This document shows, in pieces, positions 1 to 10,094 of a DNA stretch of 64,000 nt (the stretch's first letter is position 1; each line of letters starts with the position of its first letter). Source of the DNA: Candidatus Hydrogenedentota bacterium (GTDB lineage Bacteria; Hydrogenedentota; Hydrogenedentia; Hydrogenedentales; SLHB01); assembly GCA_963674865.2 (NCBI GenBank), contig CAXXYE010000008.1:288001-352000 (forward strand), written 5' to 3'. Below the pieces are notes generated by a model. It saw only the letters and a list, made by a program, of their open reading frames with translations, made no database searches and was not told the DNA's origin. The translations under genes were made by a program, and so were the position numbers.

Positions 1-27
1 CTGTTTAAGCCTGTCAGGGAAAAGCTC

Positions 28-517
28 ATGAGCAAGAACATGCGCGCCGTAGCGGTCGAAGAGGCCACGCTCGATAGCATTTGACAGCTTGGCCTTGGAG
101 CATATGGGCATGCTGTACGCGTTGGCGTTGCGTTTCACGCGCAACAAGGCCGACGGCCAAGACCTGATCCAGAACACCGTGGTGAAGGCCTTGCGCTTCC
201 ACGGGAGGTTCGAGAAAGGCACTTACATCAAGGCGTAGTTGCTCACGATTCTGCGCAACACCTTCATCAACGACTGCCGCCGTAAGACCCGTCGGCCAGC
301 TCTTGTCGAGCTGACCGGTACCGAAGCGGCCAAGTCGTCAGCTCCCGACCTGGAGGTTGCCTACGAGGCCTCTGAAGACGGATCTACACGTCTCATGGAG
401 TTGCTCGATGACGAGGTGCGACCGGCAGTCGACTCGCTGCCAGACAAGTTCAAGGCCGCCGTCATCATAAGGTACGTGGAGGGCAAGTCATACAAGGAGA
501 TTGCCGTCGCCTTATGA
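28..517 (+). pseudogene. ECF (sigma-70 group 4) RNA polymerase sigma factor, disrupted
   Basis: Reads AFDSLALEHMGMLYALALRFTRNKADGQDLIQNTVVKAL...GTYIKA*LLTILRNTFIN...LPDKFKAAVIIRYVEGKSYKEIA. There is a frameshift near 75-85, TAG at 236-238 where Trp is expected, and region 4 is cut before the usual GTVxSRL motif. Confidence 0.85.
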
Positions 518-934
518 GAGATTCCCCGCCAAGCTGATGAGTGGCTTGCGACGTCCCCACAAGCTGCTGCAGAGCCTGCCCAGAATGCGTGGAATGGAAT
601 AGAATTCCCGGCTGCACGAGACCATTTCGTGGATGATTTCATCCAGAGACAAATGCTTTGACTTTGACGATGCTGACCAGTGGATTCGAGGGCTTGATCA
701 GACATAGTCGCATGGCGTGCATCGCCTCACGCATCGGGAGTCGGTTTTTCTGCTTCTCTTCCTCCGTGCTACTCTAATGAATGGATTACCGCAACGGTTC
801 TATCCGTTGGCTTAACGATGGGGACGCCCTGAGCGAACAGGTAGTCACAGAAGCCTGTCTGTAAGGGAAAAACGTCGCCGGCCCTGGAACATCCTCAGTA
901 GCTTCATGCGCCAAGGCGCGCCGGAGAAGAACAA

Positions 935-1663
935 ATGGCAGAGAAAGAACATCTCTTGATTCTGAGACAGGGCATAGACGCGTGGAATACCTGGCGCAAG
1001 GGGAATCCGGATATTCGACCGGACCTTCACGGGGCGCTACTCATAGGAACTCAACTCGCGGGCGTGTACCTTTCCGAGGCGGATCTTGCCAAGGCGAATC
1101 TCGCCAGGGCAAACCTCGCCAGGGCGAACCTTGCCAAAGTGCTGCTTGCCGGCGCAAACGTCCCTGAGGCGGACCTCACCTACGCACACCTTACCAAGGC
1201 GGACCTCCGTGAGGCGAACCTTCAGGGTGCGAATCTTACGGAGGCCAACCTTACCTGGGCGGACCTCCGCGGGGCGGACCTTTCCGGAGCGAATCTCACC
1301 AAGGCAAACCTTCGCAGGGCCGACCTTCGCAGGGCGGACCTCCGCGGGGCGACCCTTACCGAAGCAGACCTCCGCGGGGTGTCCCTCACAGCAGCAAACC
1401 TCCACGGGGCCAACCTCGCCAAAGCGGACCTCCACACGGCAGATCTTGTCGAGGCGGTTTTTATTCAGGCAAACCTCGACGGGGCGAACCTGCGTAAGGC
1501 GGACCTAACCAAGGCAGACCTCAAGGGGGCACACCTCACCAACGCAGACCTCACTCAGGCAAACCTTGATGGTGCTGACCTCCAAGGGGCGGACCTCACA
1601 AACGCGAACCTCGTTGCGGCGAAGCTTGACCAAGCGCTCAATATGGAGAAGACGAGGAAGTGA
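935..1663 (+). CDS. Pentapeptide-repeat protein
   Basis: Long tandem A(D/N)Lxx repeats with the typical N-terminal WNxWR...PDL cap; GGAG RBS upstream. Confidence 0.92.
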   Translation: MAEKEHLLILRQGIDAWNTWRKGNPDIRPDLHGALLIGTQLAGVYLSEADLAKANLARANLARANLAKVLLAGANVPEADLTYAHLTKADLREANLQGANLTEANLTWADLRGADLSGANLTKANLRRADLRRADLRGATLTEADLRGVSLTAANLHGANLAKADLHTADLVEAVFIQANLDGANLRKADLTKADLKGAHLTNADLTQANLDGADLQGADLTNANLVAAKLDQALNMEKTRK

Positions 1664-1672
1664 GGCCTGGCC

Positions 1673-1775
1673 GTGCTGGTTGAGTCTGCGCCCAAGCGAC
1701 AGCGCGAGATGACTTGGAAGATGTTTCTTAAGGCGCATTGGGAGGCCCCGGGCGCCGTGGATTTCACGAGCGCGA
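1673..1775 (+). mobile_element. Short remnant of an integrase-core (rve) transposase
   Basis: TWKMFLKAHWEAPGAVDF resembles TWRAFLKNHAREIVSIDF of the transposase at 2440-3474. Confidence 0.55.
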
Positions 1776-1816
1776 AGTGTGGGCACTTGGCGGTTTGCCT
1801 CGATGAGAAGGTAATG

Positions 1817-2365
1817 TCAAGAGCTGACCTTGCTATTCATGGGATTTGGCCTGGCTTTGGTTTCCGGTCTGCTGATTTCCCGCTCGGCCTGCTCCCAGTC
1901 TTGAAGGGATCCGCCGTCCCGGCGGCCTCGCCGCTCGTAGAGTTCATAGGCTCGTGTCGCGACCTGCGGCCTCAAGTCGACTGCTCTTGGGGCCAACAGA
2001 GGCGCGGCACTTGGGTCGAACACCCGGTTTGCAAGTAGCTTCACGCGATCGCTCACGAGGAACCACACCAGCGCATAGGCCCAGACGAACAGCGCCCAAG
2101 TCCAGCCGAGCGGTGTCATAAACAATCCATAAACCGCGATCAGAGTCGCTACCACTTGCGTGCCGAAGACCGCCAGCAGCAGAATCCGTGCGGGACGTAT
2201 CGACCAAAAAGGCCCGCGCGTGCGCGCGAGGAAAATTGTCAGGTGCCCGGCCACGGACAGCATCAGGTACATCAACGTTTGGATGTGTGCACGATCGAGG
2301 TGATAGGCTCGTTCGCCGATATAGAACAGTCCAAATGCCGCCACGGGCCCGATGACGCCCTCGGC
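1817..2365 (-). pseudogene. C-terminal fragment of a plasma-membrane H+-efflux P-type ATPase with a DUF2934-like tail
   Basis: QTLMYLMLSVAGHLTIFLARTRGPFWSIRP...LIAVYGLFMTPLGW transmembrane segments, then VATRAYELYERRGRRDG..QDWEQAEREI. The 5' part is cut off at the adjacent IS boundary (~2375). Confidence 0.8.
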
Positions 2366-2374
2366 CCAACTCGT

Positions 2375-3670
2375 TGTATTGCGACGTCATTTGTCACTCT
2401 TTCCGCTCATGAAATCTTGCTCTTGGGTGCGCTATCGGAGTGGCAATGACTGAATTGATGAAGCTGTGTATGGGCTTCTTGGCGGCGGCGCTGAAGTCTC
2501 GCGCCGCGCTTCGAGCAGAGAACCTGGCGTTGCGGCATCAACTGTGCGTGCTTCAACGTAGCGTGAAGAAACCGAAGGTGAAGCCGGTTGAGCGGATTCT
2601 TCGGAGCTTTCTGGCAAAAGCCTGGACGGGATGGAAAGACGCGCTCGTCTTCGTGAAGCCGGGTACGATAGTTCGCTGGCAGCGCAAGCGCCTCAAGGAG
2701 CATTGGCGGAAGTTGTCTCAGTCCGGTGAGCCCGGTCGTCCTCCCGTCGCGGAAGAAGTATGAGAACTGATTCGCACCATGTCGTCGATGAAGCCAACGT
2801 GGGCCTCGCCGCGTATCGTAGGTGAACTGGCAAAGCTCGGCATCTCGGTCGATAGGTCAACCGTGGACAAGTACAAGGTACGCGTCCCCAAGCCGCCATC
2901 TCCGACCTGGCGGGCGTTCCTCAAGAACCATGCAAGGGAGATCGTGTCCATCGATTTCATGGTGGTGCCCACTGTCAGGTTCCAAGTTCTGTACGTGTTG
3001 CTCTTTCTGTCAATCAAGCGTCGTCGGATCATTCACTTCGCGGTAACGAAACATCCGACTGCGGCAGGGCCGGCACAGCAAGTCGTGGAGGCATTTCCTT
3101 GGGACACCTCGCCGAAGTATCTCCTCCGCGACCGTGACAAGCTCTATGGCGATTGGTTTCGACGGTGGGTCAAGAACATGGTTATCGAGGAAGTGCTCAC
3201 GGCACCGTATAGCCCCTGGAAGAAACCGTATTCTGAAAGACTCAACGGATCCATTCGGCGAGAGTGTTTGGCCCACGTCATCGTCTTCAGCGAAGACCAT
3301 CTGAGAAGAGTCATTGCCGACTACGTCGCGTATTACAGTGAGTCCCGAACACACCTATCCCTTGAGATGGACAGGCCGGTCACACGTCCGGTTCAGGCGC
3401 CCAATCAAGGCCAAGTTGTCTCGCTCCGCCAAGTCGGCGGGCTTCACCACCGATACGAACGCCGCGCCGCATAGCCCATAAGGGCGACGTTGCCCCTCCC
3501 TCGCACCTCATTCCGACAGCGGAAGCCGGGAGGTCGTGTCGATGCTGCCAGCGGTGTTCCCAATTACCGTGCCGATGGACAATCCCCCGACGCCGAACCT
3601 GACTCTCTGACCATGGAGTTTCGCATAGCGCACGGGATAAGGCAGGCCGGACGGGTTTTGCGCAAGGACA
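2375..3670 (+). mobile_element. IS element with integrase-core (DDE) transposase; ends approximate
   Basis: Transposase 2440-3474 bracketed by TGTATTGCG (2375) and CGCAAGGACA (to 3670), a weak TGT...ACA terminal pair. Confidence 0.55.
2440..3474 (+). pseudogene. Integrase-core transposase split by an in-frame TGA
   Basis: ORFs 2440-2763 and 2779-3474 share a frame and are separated by TGA at 2761-2763. Motifs AENLALRHQL, IDFMVVPT, YLLRDRD, ERLNGSIRRECL and GGLHHRY match the intact copy at 37721-38764. Confidence 0.9.
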
Positions 3671-3747
3671 ACATAGTGTATGATGATGTCAGTTGGTTTT
3701 GCCTGGGTCAAGGGACGCCAGTGGTGTATGCCGCATAGGAGGTGACC

Positions 3748-6666
3748 ATGGCCACGAGAAAGCGGGGGAAAGCGAAGAAAGACCAGAAGCCCGTCAAATC
3801 CAAGCCAATCGAGAAACAGGAGAAGGTCGAGAAAGCGATGGATGGGTTTCCAATCGTGGGCATCGGCGCATCGGCCGGGGGACTGGCGGCGTTTGAAGCT
3901 TTCTTCTCAGGCATGCCCGCCGACATCGACCCCGGCATGGCCTTTGTCCTAGTGCAGCATCTGGCCCCAGATCACAAGAGCATTCTCACCGAACTCATCC
4001 GGCGATACACCCGCATGCAGGTCTTCGAGGTCGAGGACGGGATGGCGGTTCAGCCCAACTGCGCCTACATCATTCCGCCCAACCGCGACATGGCCTTCTT
4101 GAACGGCGCACTCCAATTGCTGGAACCCGCCATGCCCCGTGGCCAGCGCCTGCCGATTGACTTCTTCTTTCGTTCCCTGGCCCAGGACCAGCGCGAGCGG
4201 GCCATCTGCGTGGTGCTCTCGGGCACGGGCAGCGACGGCACGCAAGGCGTACGCGCGATCAAAGGCGAGGGCGGTATGGTCATGGCGCAGAGCCCCGAAT
4301 CCACCGAGTACGACGGCATGCCGCGCAGCGCCATCGCCACGGGCCTCGTGGACTACGAACTTCCCCCCGCGGAAATGCCCGCCCAACTCATGGCCTATGT
4401 GTCCCATGCCTTCGACAATGCGGTCCGGACGGCGTCCTCTCCGTCGTCCAAAGCAGAAGCCGCGATGAAGAAGGTCTTCATCCTGCTGCGCGCCCAGACC
4501 GGACACGATTTCTCTCAGTTCAAACCGAGCACTATGGGGCGGCGCATTGAGCGGCGCATGGCCGTCCACCAGATTGAAGAGATTGACGGATACGTCAAGT
4601 ATCTGCAGCAGACTCCGGATGAAGTGGAAGCGCTCTTTCGCGACCTGTTGATCGGTGTGACGAACTTCTTCCGCGATCCAGAGGCCTTCCAGGCGCTGGA
4701 GAAGGAGGTCATCCCACGGCTTTTCGCCGGCAAGCCCGCGGGTGCCATAGTTCGTGTCTGGGTGCCGGGATGCTCCACGGGCGAAGAGGCCTATTCCATC
4801 GCCATCCTTTTGCAGGAACGCCTGGAGGCGCTGAAGCAGGGCCACAAAATACAGGTCTTCGCCACCGATATTGACAGCCAGGCGATTGCCACGGGCCGGG
4901 CCGGCCTCTATCCAGCCAGCATCGCTGCCGATATCTCGCCGGAACGGCTGGAGCGCTTTTTTGCGGCCGAGGCCGGCGGCGCGGACGGGAGTCCCAGTGC
5001 GTACCGCATCCAGAAAGGCGTCCGCGACTTGCTGGTGTTTTCCGAACAGGACGTGATCAAGGACCCCCCGTTCTCCAAACTCGACTTGATCAGTTGCCGC
5101 AACCTCCTGATCTACATGGGCGGCGAATTGCAGAAGAAGCTCATCCCCCTATTCCACTATGCCCTCAGCCCGGGAGGTTTTCTCTTCCTGGGCACCTCGG
5201 AATCCGTGGGAGAATATGGCGATCTGTTTGCCACGCTGGACCGTAAATCAAAGCTGTATCAGCGTAAAGAGGTCTTTCCCGGCGCACAGCGCCCGGCCAT
5301 GGCCCGATTTCTTCCCCCTATGACGGCGAGAGAAGAGGCGGTGTCAGGGGCTGGCGAAAAGAAGGGCGCCCCTGGGAAACTGCCGCTGCGCGAGTTGACC
5401 GAACAGGCGCTCCTACGGCAGGTGGCCCCGGCCGCTGCGCTCGTCAACGGCCACGGCGATATCCTCTATCTCCACGGCCGAACCGGGATGTATCTGGAAC
5501 CGGCCCCAGGCGAAACCAGCGTCAACAACATCCTGAAGATGGCCCGCGAAGGCTTGCGGCACGACCTGACGGCCGCCTTGCATCAAGCCGCGCAGAACAA
5601 GGAGACGGTGTGCTGTCCGGGCGTGCGCGTCAAGACGAACGGTGATCACACCGCGGTGAACCTGACCATCCGCCCGTTGGCGGCGGGCCTTGACGGGGCG
5701 CCTGAGCCGCCCTTGTACCTGATTGTCCTGGAGGAAGCGCCGCCGTTGGATCCCGAACAGACGCGGCAGGCCACCTCCCAGGCCGTCGTGGACGCGGACG
5801 GCCCCGATACGGACGCGGAGGGGCGCATCGCGGCGCTCCGGCAGGAGTTGCGCACCAAAGAAGAATACCTCCAGTCCACCAATGAGGAATTGGAGACTGC
5901 CAACGAAGAACTCAAATCTTCGAACGAGGAGATGCAATCCGTCAACGAGGAATTGCAGTCCACCAATGAGGAGTTGGAGACCTCGAAGGAGGAATTGCAG
6001 TCCGTCAATGAGGAACTGGCCACGGTCAATGCCGAACTGCAAACCAAGGTTGCGGATCTATCGCGGGCCAACAACGACATGAACAACCTGCTGTCCGGCA
6101 CCGGCATCGCCACCGTTTTCGTGGACCATCAACTGCGCATCCTGCGGTTCACCCCCACGGCCACCCAGATCATCAACCTGATCCCGAGCGACGTTGGGCG
6201 GCCCGTGGGCCACATCGTCTCCAATCTGGCGGATTATGATGGACTCGTGGCGGACACGCGGGCCGTGCTGGATACACTGGTTCCCAAAGAGAAGGAGGTG
6301 CAGACCCAGTCGGGCTCGTGGTACGCGATGCGCATCCAGCCGTACCGCACGCTCGACAACGTGATCGAGGGCGCGGTGATCACCTTTGTCGACATCACCG
6401 AGACGAAAAAGATTCAGGAAGCACTGCACGAGGCGTCCAACGAAATCCGGACCCTCCACGGCATCCTTCCCATCTGTTCACACTGCAAGAAGATCCGCGA
6501 CGACCGGGGCCGCTGGAACCAGATGGAGGACTATGTCAGTGGTCATAGTGAAGCCGATTTCAGCCACGGCATCTGCCCGGAATGCGCGAAGAGACTGTAT
6601 CCCGAGTTCGAGCAAGACGAAGGCGAAAGCGGGAGCCAGCCGCAGTCCCCGGGAAACGCGATATGA
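3748..6666 (+). CDS. CheB/CheR fusion (methylesterase-methyltransferase) with PAS, coiled coil and C-terminal CxxC...CxxC domain
   Basis: GIGASAGG, VQHL, LSGTGSDG (CheB); IGVTNFFRD, GCSTGEEAYS, DLISCRNLLIY (CheR); NEELQS repeats; PICSHCKKIRD...SHGICPEC tail; GGAGG RBS. Confidence 0.93.
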   Translation: MATRKRGKAKKDQKPVKSKPIEKQEKVEKAMDGFPIVGIGASAGGLAAFEAFFSGMPADIDPGMAFVLVQHLAPDHKSILTELIRRYTRMQVFEVEDGMAVQPNCAYIIPPNRDMAFLNGALQLLEPAMPRGQRLPIDFFFRSLAQDQRERAICVVLSGTGSDGTQGVRAIKGEGGMVMAQSPESTEYDGMPRSAIATGLVDYELPPAEMPAQLMAYVSHAFDNAVRTASSPSSKAEAAMKKVFILLRAQTGHDFSQFKPSTMGRRIERRMAVHQIEEIDGYVKYLQQTPDEVEALFRDLLIGVTNFFRDPEAFQALEKEVIPRLFAGKPAGAIVRVWVPGCSTGEEAYSIAILLQERLEALKQGHKIQVFATDIDSQAIATGRAGLYPASIAADISPERLERFFAAEAGGADGSPSAYRIQKGVRDLLVFSEQDVIKDPPFSKLDLISCRNLLIYMGGELQKKLIPLFHYALSPGGFLFLGTSESVGEYGDLFATLDRKSKLYQRKEVFPGAQRPAMARFLPPMTAREEAVSGAGEKKGAPGKLPLRELTEQALLRQVAPAAALVNGHGDILYLHGRTGMYLEPAPGETSVNNILKMAREGLRHDLTAALHQAAQNKETVCCPGVRVKTNGDHTAVNLTIRPLAAGLDGAPEPPLYLIVLEEAPPLDPEQTRQATSQAVVDADGPDTDAEGRIAALRQELRTKEEYLQSTNEELETANEELKSSNEEMQSVNEELQSTNEELETSKEELQSVNEELATVNAELQTKVADLSRANNDMNNLLSGTGIATVFVDHQLRILRFTPTATQIINLIPSDVGRPVGHIVSNLADYDGLVADTRAVLDTLVPKEKEVQTQSGSWYAMRIQPYRTLDNVIEGAVITFVDITETKKIQEALHEASNEIRTLHGILPICSHCKKIRDDRGRWNQMEDYVSGHSEADFSHGICPECAKRLYPEFEQDEGESGSQPQSPGNAI

Positions 6667-9600
6667 GCGGCCAAGATGAGCAAGCCGAACATGCAGCCGA
6701 CTTGCGCGCGCGGGCCGAAGAGGTCGCCGCGCAGTCGCCGGACAGCATCGAGGCCCTGTCGTCCGAAGAAACGCAGCAAGTACTCCACGATTTACGGGTG
6801 CACCAGATCGAGTTGGAGATGCAGAACGAGGAATTGCGCCGGGCGCAGGAAGAACTCGCCGAATCTCGCGACCGGTACGCCGACCTTTACGACCATGCAC
6901 CCGTCGGCTATTGCCTCCTGAGCGAAAAGGGACTGATCCTGGAGGCAGACCTCACCGCCGCCAACCTGTTGGACGCGGCCCGGGGCGCCTTGATCAAGCA
7001 GCCGATCACCCGGTTCATCCTGAAGGAAGATCAGGACATCTACTACCACCACCGCAAGGCGCTCTTCGATACGGGCGAACCGCAGGTCTGCGACCTGCGG
7101 ATGGTCAAGAAGGACGGAACGGCATTCTGGACGTGCCTTGAAGCGACCGCCGGGCAGGACGTCGATGGCGCGCCCGTCTGCCGCGTGGTGATGACCGACA
7201 CCACCGAGCGCAAGCAGGCGGAGGCGGCGCTTCGTGAATCAGAGTCCTTCGCGAAGGCGACGCTGAACGGGCTGTCGTCGCATATTGCCATTCTTGATCA
7301 AGACGGTCGCATCGAGGCCGTGAACGAGGCGTGGCGTCAGTTTGCGAATGATAACGGGGGCCTTCCCGGCTCTGTTTGTGAGGGTGCTGACTACCTGGGC
7401 GTTTGCGATGGTGCGACAGGCCAAGACTCTGAGGACGCGAGGCAATTCGCGGAAGCCATCCGCGGAATCTTGGCGGGGCGACGGAGCGAATTCAACCATG
7501 AGTATGCTTGTCACAGTCCTGACGAGCAACGGTGGTTCACGGGGCGAGTGACGAGATTCCCAGGCGAGGGCCCCCCCCGGGCCGTTGTCGCTCACGAAGA
7601 CGTGACTGCGCGTAAGTGCGCGGAGCAAGCGCTGCACGAAAGCGAGAGACGGGTTCGCACGAAACTGGACGCTATTCTGGCGCCTGAAGACGACATCGAG
7701 ATACTCGAGCTCGCCGACGTCATTGATGTACCCAGGATCCAGGCCATGATGGACACCTTCTTCACCCTTACGGGTATCGGAGTCGCCATCCTGGACCTGA
7801 ACGGCAAGATCCTCGTTGCCACGGGCTGGCAAGACATTTGCACGAAGTTTCACCGCGTTCATCCCGAAACGAGCAAGCGCTGCTTGGAGAGCGACACGGT
7901 TCTCGCCCGGGGAGTAGAGCCGAATACCTTCAGACGATACCGGTGCAAGAACAACATGTGGGATATCGCAACGCCCATCGCCTTGGGCAACAGGCACGTT
8001 GGCAGTCTATTCCTTGGACAGTTTCTCTTCGAGGACGAGCAACCCGAAGTGGAGGTCTTTCGCGCCCAGGCCAGGCAGTATGGCTTCGACGAGGCCGAGT
8101 ACCTTGCGGCGCTCGCTCGCGTGCCGCGCTGGAGCCGTGAGAAGGTCGACCAGGTCATGACCTTCTACACCGAGTTCGCCAAGTTGGTTTCCGAACTAAG
8201 CTATAGCAACTTGACGCTGGCCCGGACACTCACCGAGAGCAGGCGGGCGGAGGAGGCGCTGCGGGAGAGCGAGCTTCTCCACAGGACTACCATCGGAAAC
8301 ATCTCGGACACCGTCCTCATAACCGACGACAAAGGCGTTTTCACGTACGTTTGCCCGAACACCCACCTCGTCTTCGGTTGGCACGCAGAGGAGGTGATGA
8401 ACTTCAGTAACATCTCAGTTCTTCTGGGCTCTCATCTGTACGACCCCGAGGAGTTGAAAAGAGAAGGCGAACTCAAGAACATCGAACTGGCCATCGCGGA
8501 CCGCTCCGGAGATGAGCATTGGCTGCTCGTTAACGTCAAACGCGTGCGCATCGGTAGGGGCACGGTTCTTTGGACCTGCCGGGACATCACCGAGCGCAAG
8601 CGGGCGGAGCAGCAGTTGCGGTTTCTTGGCAACATTGCGGAGCAAGTGACGGATTCGATCATGGTGACTGACACGGCATTCCGCATTGTCTATCTGAACG
8701 AGGCCGCACAGAAGCTGTTTGGCTACGCCGAGGATGAACTCCTAGGGCAGTGCCCCGATGTCGTCAACGCGAAACCTGAATCTTCGAGAATCCAAGAGGA
8801 ACTATACGAAACGGTGTCTTCCGGGCAGTCGTACCTGGGCACTGGCCTAAACCGCCGGAAGGACGGGAGTACGTTCATCTGCGAGTTCAAGGTCTCTCCG
8901 ATGTGGGATGAACAGGGCGGCATCTCCGGATACGTCGGGATACAGCGCGACGTCACCGAGCGCAAGCGGGCGCAAGACGAAATCGAAGGGCTTTCAAGGT
9001 TTCCGTCGGAGGACCCGAATCCCGTGCTGCGCATTTCCAAGAACGGGGCCGTCCTGTACGCCAATGCTTCGGCCGAGGAGTTGCTCCAAGAGGAGGGAGC
9101 CGCCGTCGGCAAATCAGCACCGCAGGGATGGCGCGAGCAAGCCTCGCGGGTTCTCGGAACGGGTTCAGTGGACCATTTCGAATGGCCCCATGGTGGTAAG
9201 ACCTTCTTGTTCGCGCTGGCGCCGGTGAAAGACGGCAACTATGTCAATTTCTACGGGCAGGAGATCACTAAATTGAGACGCGCCGAACGAGTGGCGCAGG
9301 AGTCCCGGGAACAACTGTTCCAGGCCGAGAAGATGGCGGCGTTGGGCACCTTGATTTCAGGCGTGGCGCACGAGATCAATAATCCGAACAACTTCATTAT
9401 GCTGAATACGCCGGTGCTCGAACAGGTCTTTCGCGCTGTCCTGCCGCTGTTGGAAAAGAAGTCCCAAGAGGAAGGCGATTTCCGCGTCGGCAAGATGGCC
9501 TACTCCAAGGTCAAAGAAGGCGTCCCCCGGCTCTTGAGCGGTATCCGCGAGGGTTCGCAGCGGATCAAGCAATACGTGAGCGAGCTTCGCGATTTCGGCC

Positions 9601-10094
9601 GCCAGGAAGGAAGCGGTTATCGAGAATTGCTGGATTTGCGCAAGGCAACTGACTCGGCCGTGATGCTGACGGAGAACCTGATTGCCAAGTCGACCAACCG
9701 CTTCGAATTCAATAGGCCGGAATCACTTCCGAGTATACGCGCTCATCCGCAACGTATCGAACAGGTCGTCATCAATCTGATCCAGAATGCCTGCCAGGCG
9801 CTGACCAGCCTCGAACAGGCCCTCACGTTGGATATCACACACGATGCAGCGGAGAACGCGGTCCTGCTCACGGTACGAGATGAGGGCGCCGGCATGAGCG
9901 AGGAGACGTCGGCCCACCTCTTCGACCCGTTCTACACGACGAAGCGGGAGACTGGCGGTACGGGACTGGGACTGAGCGTGTCCAAACGGATTGCCGACGA
10001 GCATGCGGGGAGACTGGAGTTCGAGTCCGAGCTGGGCAAAGGAACCACCGCGAGATTGGTGCTCCCGATTGCGCGCGGGGGGGGGGGTAGATGA
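6663..10094 (+). CDS. Multi-PAS sensor histidine kinase with PocR-like domain
   Basis: HQIELEMQNEEL coil, several PAS/PAC (DITERK) units, PocR-like WQDICTKFHR...YRCKNNMWD, H-box GVAHEINNP, N-box NLIQNA, GTGLGLS. The ATG overlaps the upstream stop. Confidence 0.92.
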   Translation: MSGQDEQAEHAADLRARAEEVAAQSPDSIEALSSEETQQVLHDLRVHQIELEMQNEELRRAQEELAESRDRYADLYDHAPVGYCLLSEKGLILEADLTAANLLDAARGALIKQPITRFILKEDQDIYYHHRKALFDTGEPQVCDLRMVKKDGTAFWTCLEATAGQDVDGAPVCRVVMTDTTERKQAEAALRESESFAKATLNGLSSHIAILDQDGRIEAVNEAWRQFANDNGGLPGSVCEGADYLGVCDGATGQDSEDARQFAEAIRGILAGRRSEFNHEYACHSPDEQRWFTGRVTRFPGEGPPRAVVAHEDVTARKCAEQALHESERRVRTKLDAILAPEDDIEILELADVIDVPRIQAMMDTFFTLTGIGVAILDLNGKILVATGWQDICTKFHRVHPETSKRCLESDTVLARGVEPNTFRRYRCKNNMWDIATPIALGNRHVGSLFLGQFLFEDEQPEVEVFRAQARQYGFDEAEYLAALARVPRWSREKVDQVMTFYTEFAKLVSELSYSNLTLARTLTESRRAEEALRESELLHRTTIGNISDTVLITDDKGVFTYVCPNTHLVFGWHAEEVMNFSNISVLLGSHLYDPEELKREGELKNIELAIADRSGDEHWLLVNVKRVRIGRGTVLWTCRDITERKRAEQQLRFLGNIAEQVTDSIMVTDTAFRIVYLNEAAQKLFGYAEDELLGQCPDVVNAKPESSRIQEELYETVSSGQSYLGTGLNRRKDGSTFICEFKVSPMWDEQGGISGYVGIQRDVTERKRAQDEIEGLSRFPSEDPNPVLRISKNGAVLYANASAEELLQEEGAAVGKSAPQGWREQASRVLGTGSVDHFEWPHGGKTFLFALAPVKDGNYVNFYGQEITKLRRAERVAQESREQLFQAEKMAALGTLISGVAHEINNPNNFIMLNTPVLEQVFRAVLPLLEKKSQEEGDFRVGKMAYSKVKEGVPRLLSGIREGSQRIKQYVSELRDFGRQEGSGYRELLDLRKATDSAVMLTENLIAKSTNRFEFNRPESLPSIRAHPQRIEQVVINLIQNACQALTSLEQALTLDITHDAAENAVLLTVRDEGAGMSEETSAHLFDPFYTTKRETGGTGLGLSVSKRIADEHAGRLEFESELGKGTTARLVLPIARGGGGR

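Noticed and set aside
823..876. Riboswitch upstream of the pentapeptide gene
   Set aside because: Short nested stems are present (GACG/CGTC, CCCT/AGGG, ACAGG/CCTGT), but no known aptamer consensus could be recognised.
1040..1640. CRISPR-like or mobile repeat array
   Set aside because: The 15-bp periodicity is explained by pentapeptide coding repeats; there are no spacers or cas genes.
2761..2763. Programmed readthrough or selenocysteine at TGA
   Set aside because: The intact paralogue has Arg at the equivalent position, and neighbouring genes are also decayed, so a CGA>TGA nonsense mutation is simpler.
5870..6040. 21-bp tandem repeats
   Set aside because: They encode the standard NEELQS coiled coil of CheB/CheR fusions.
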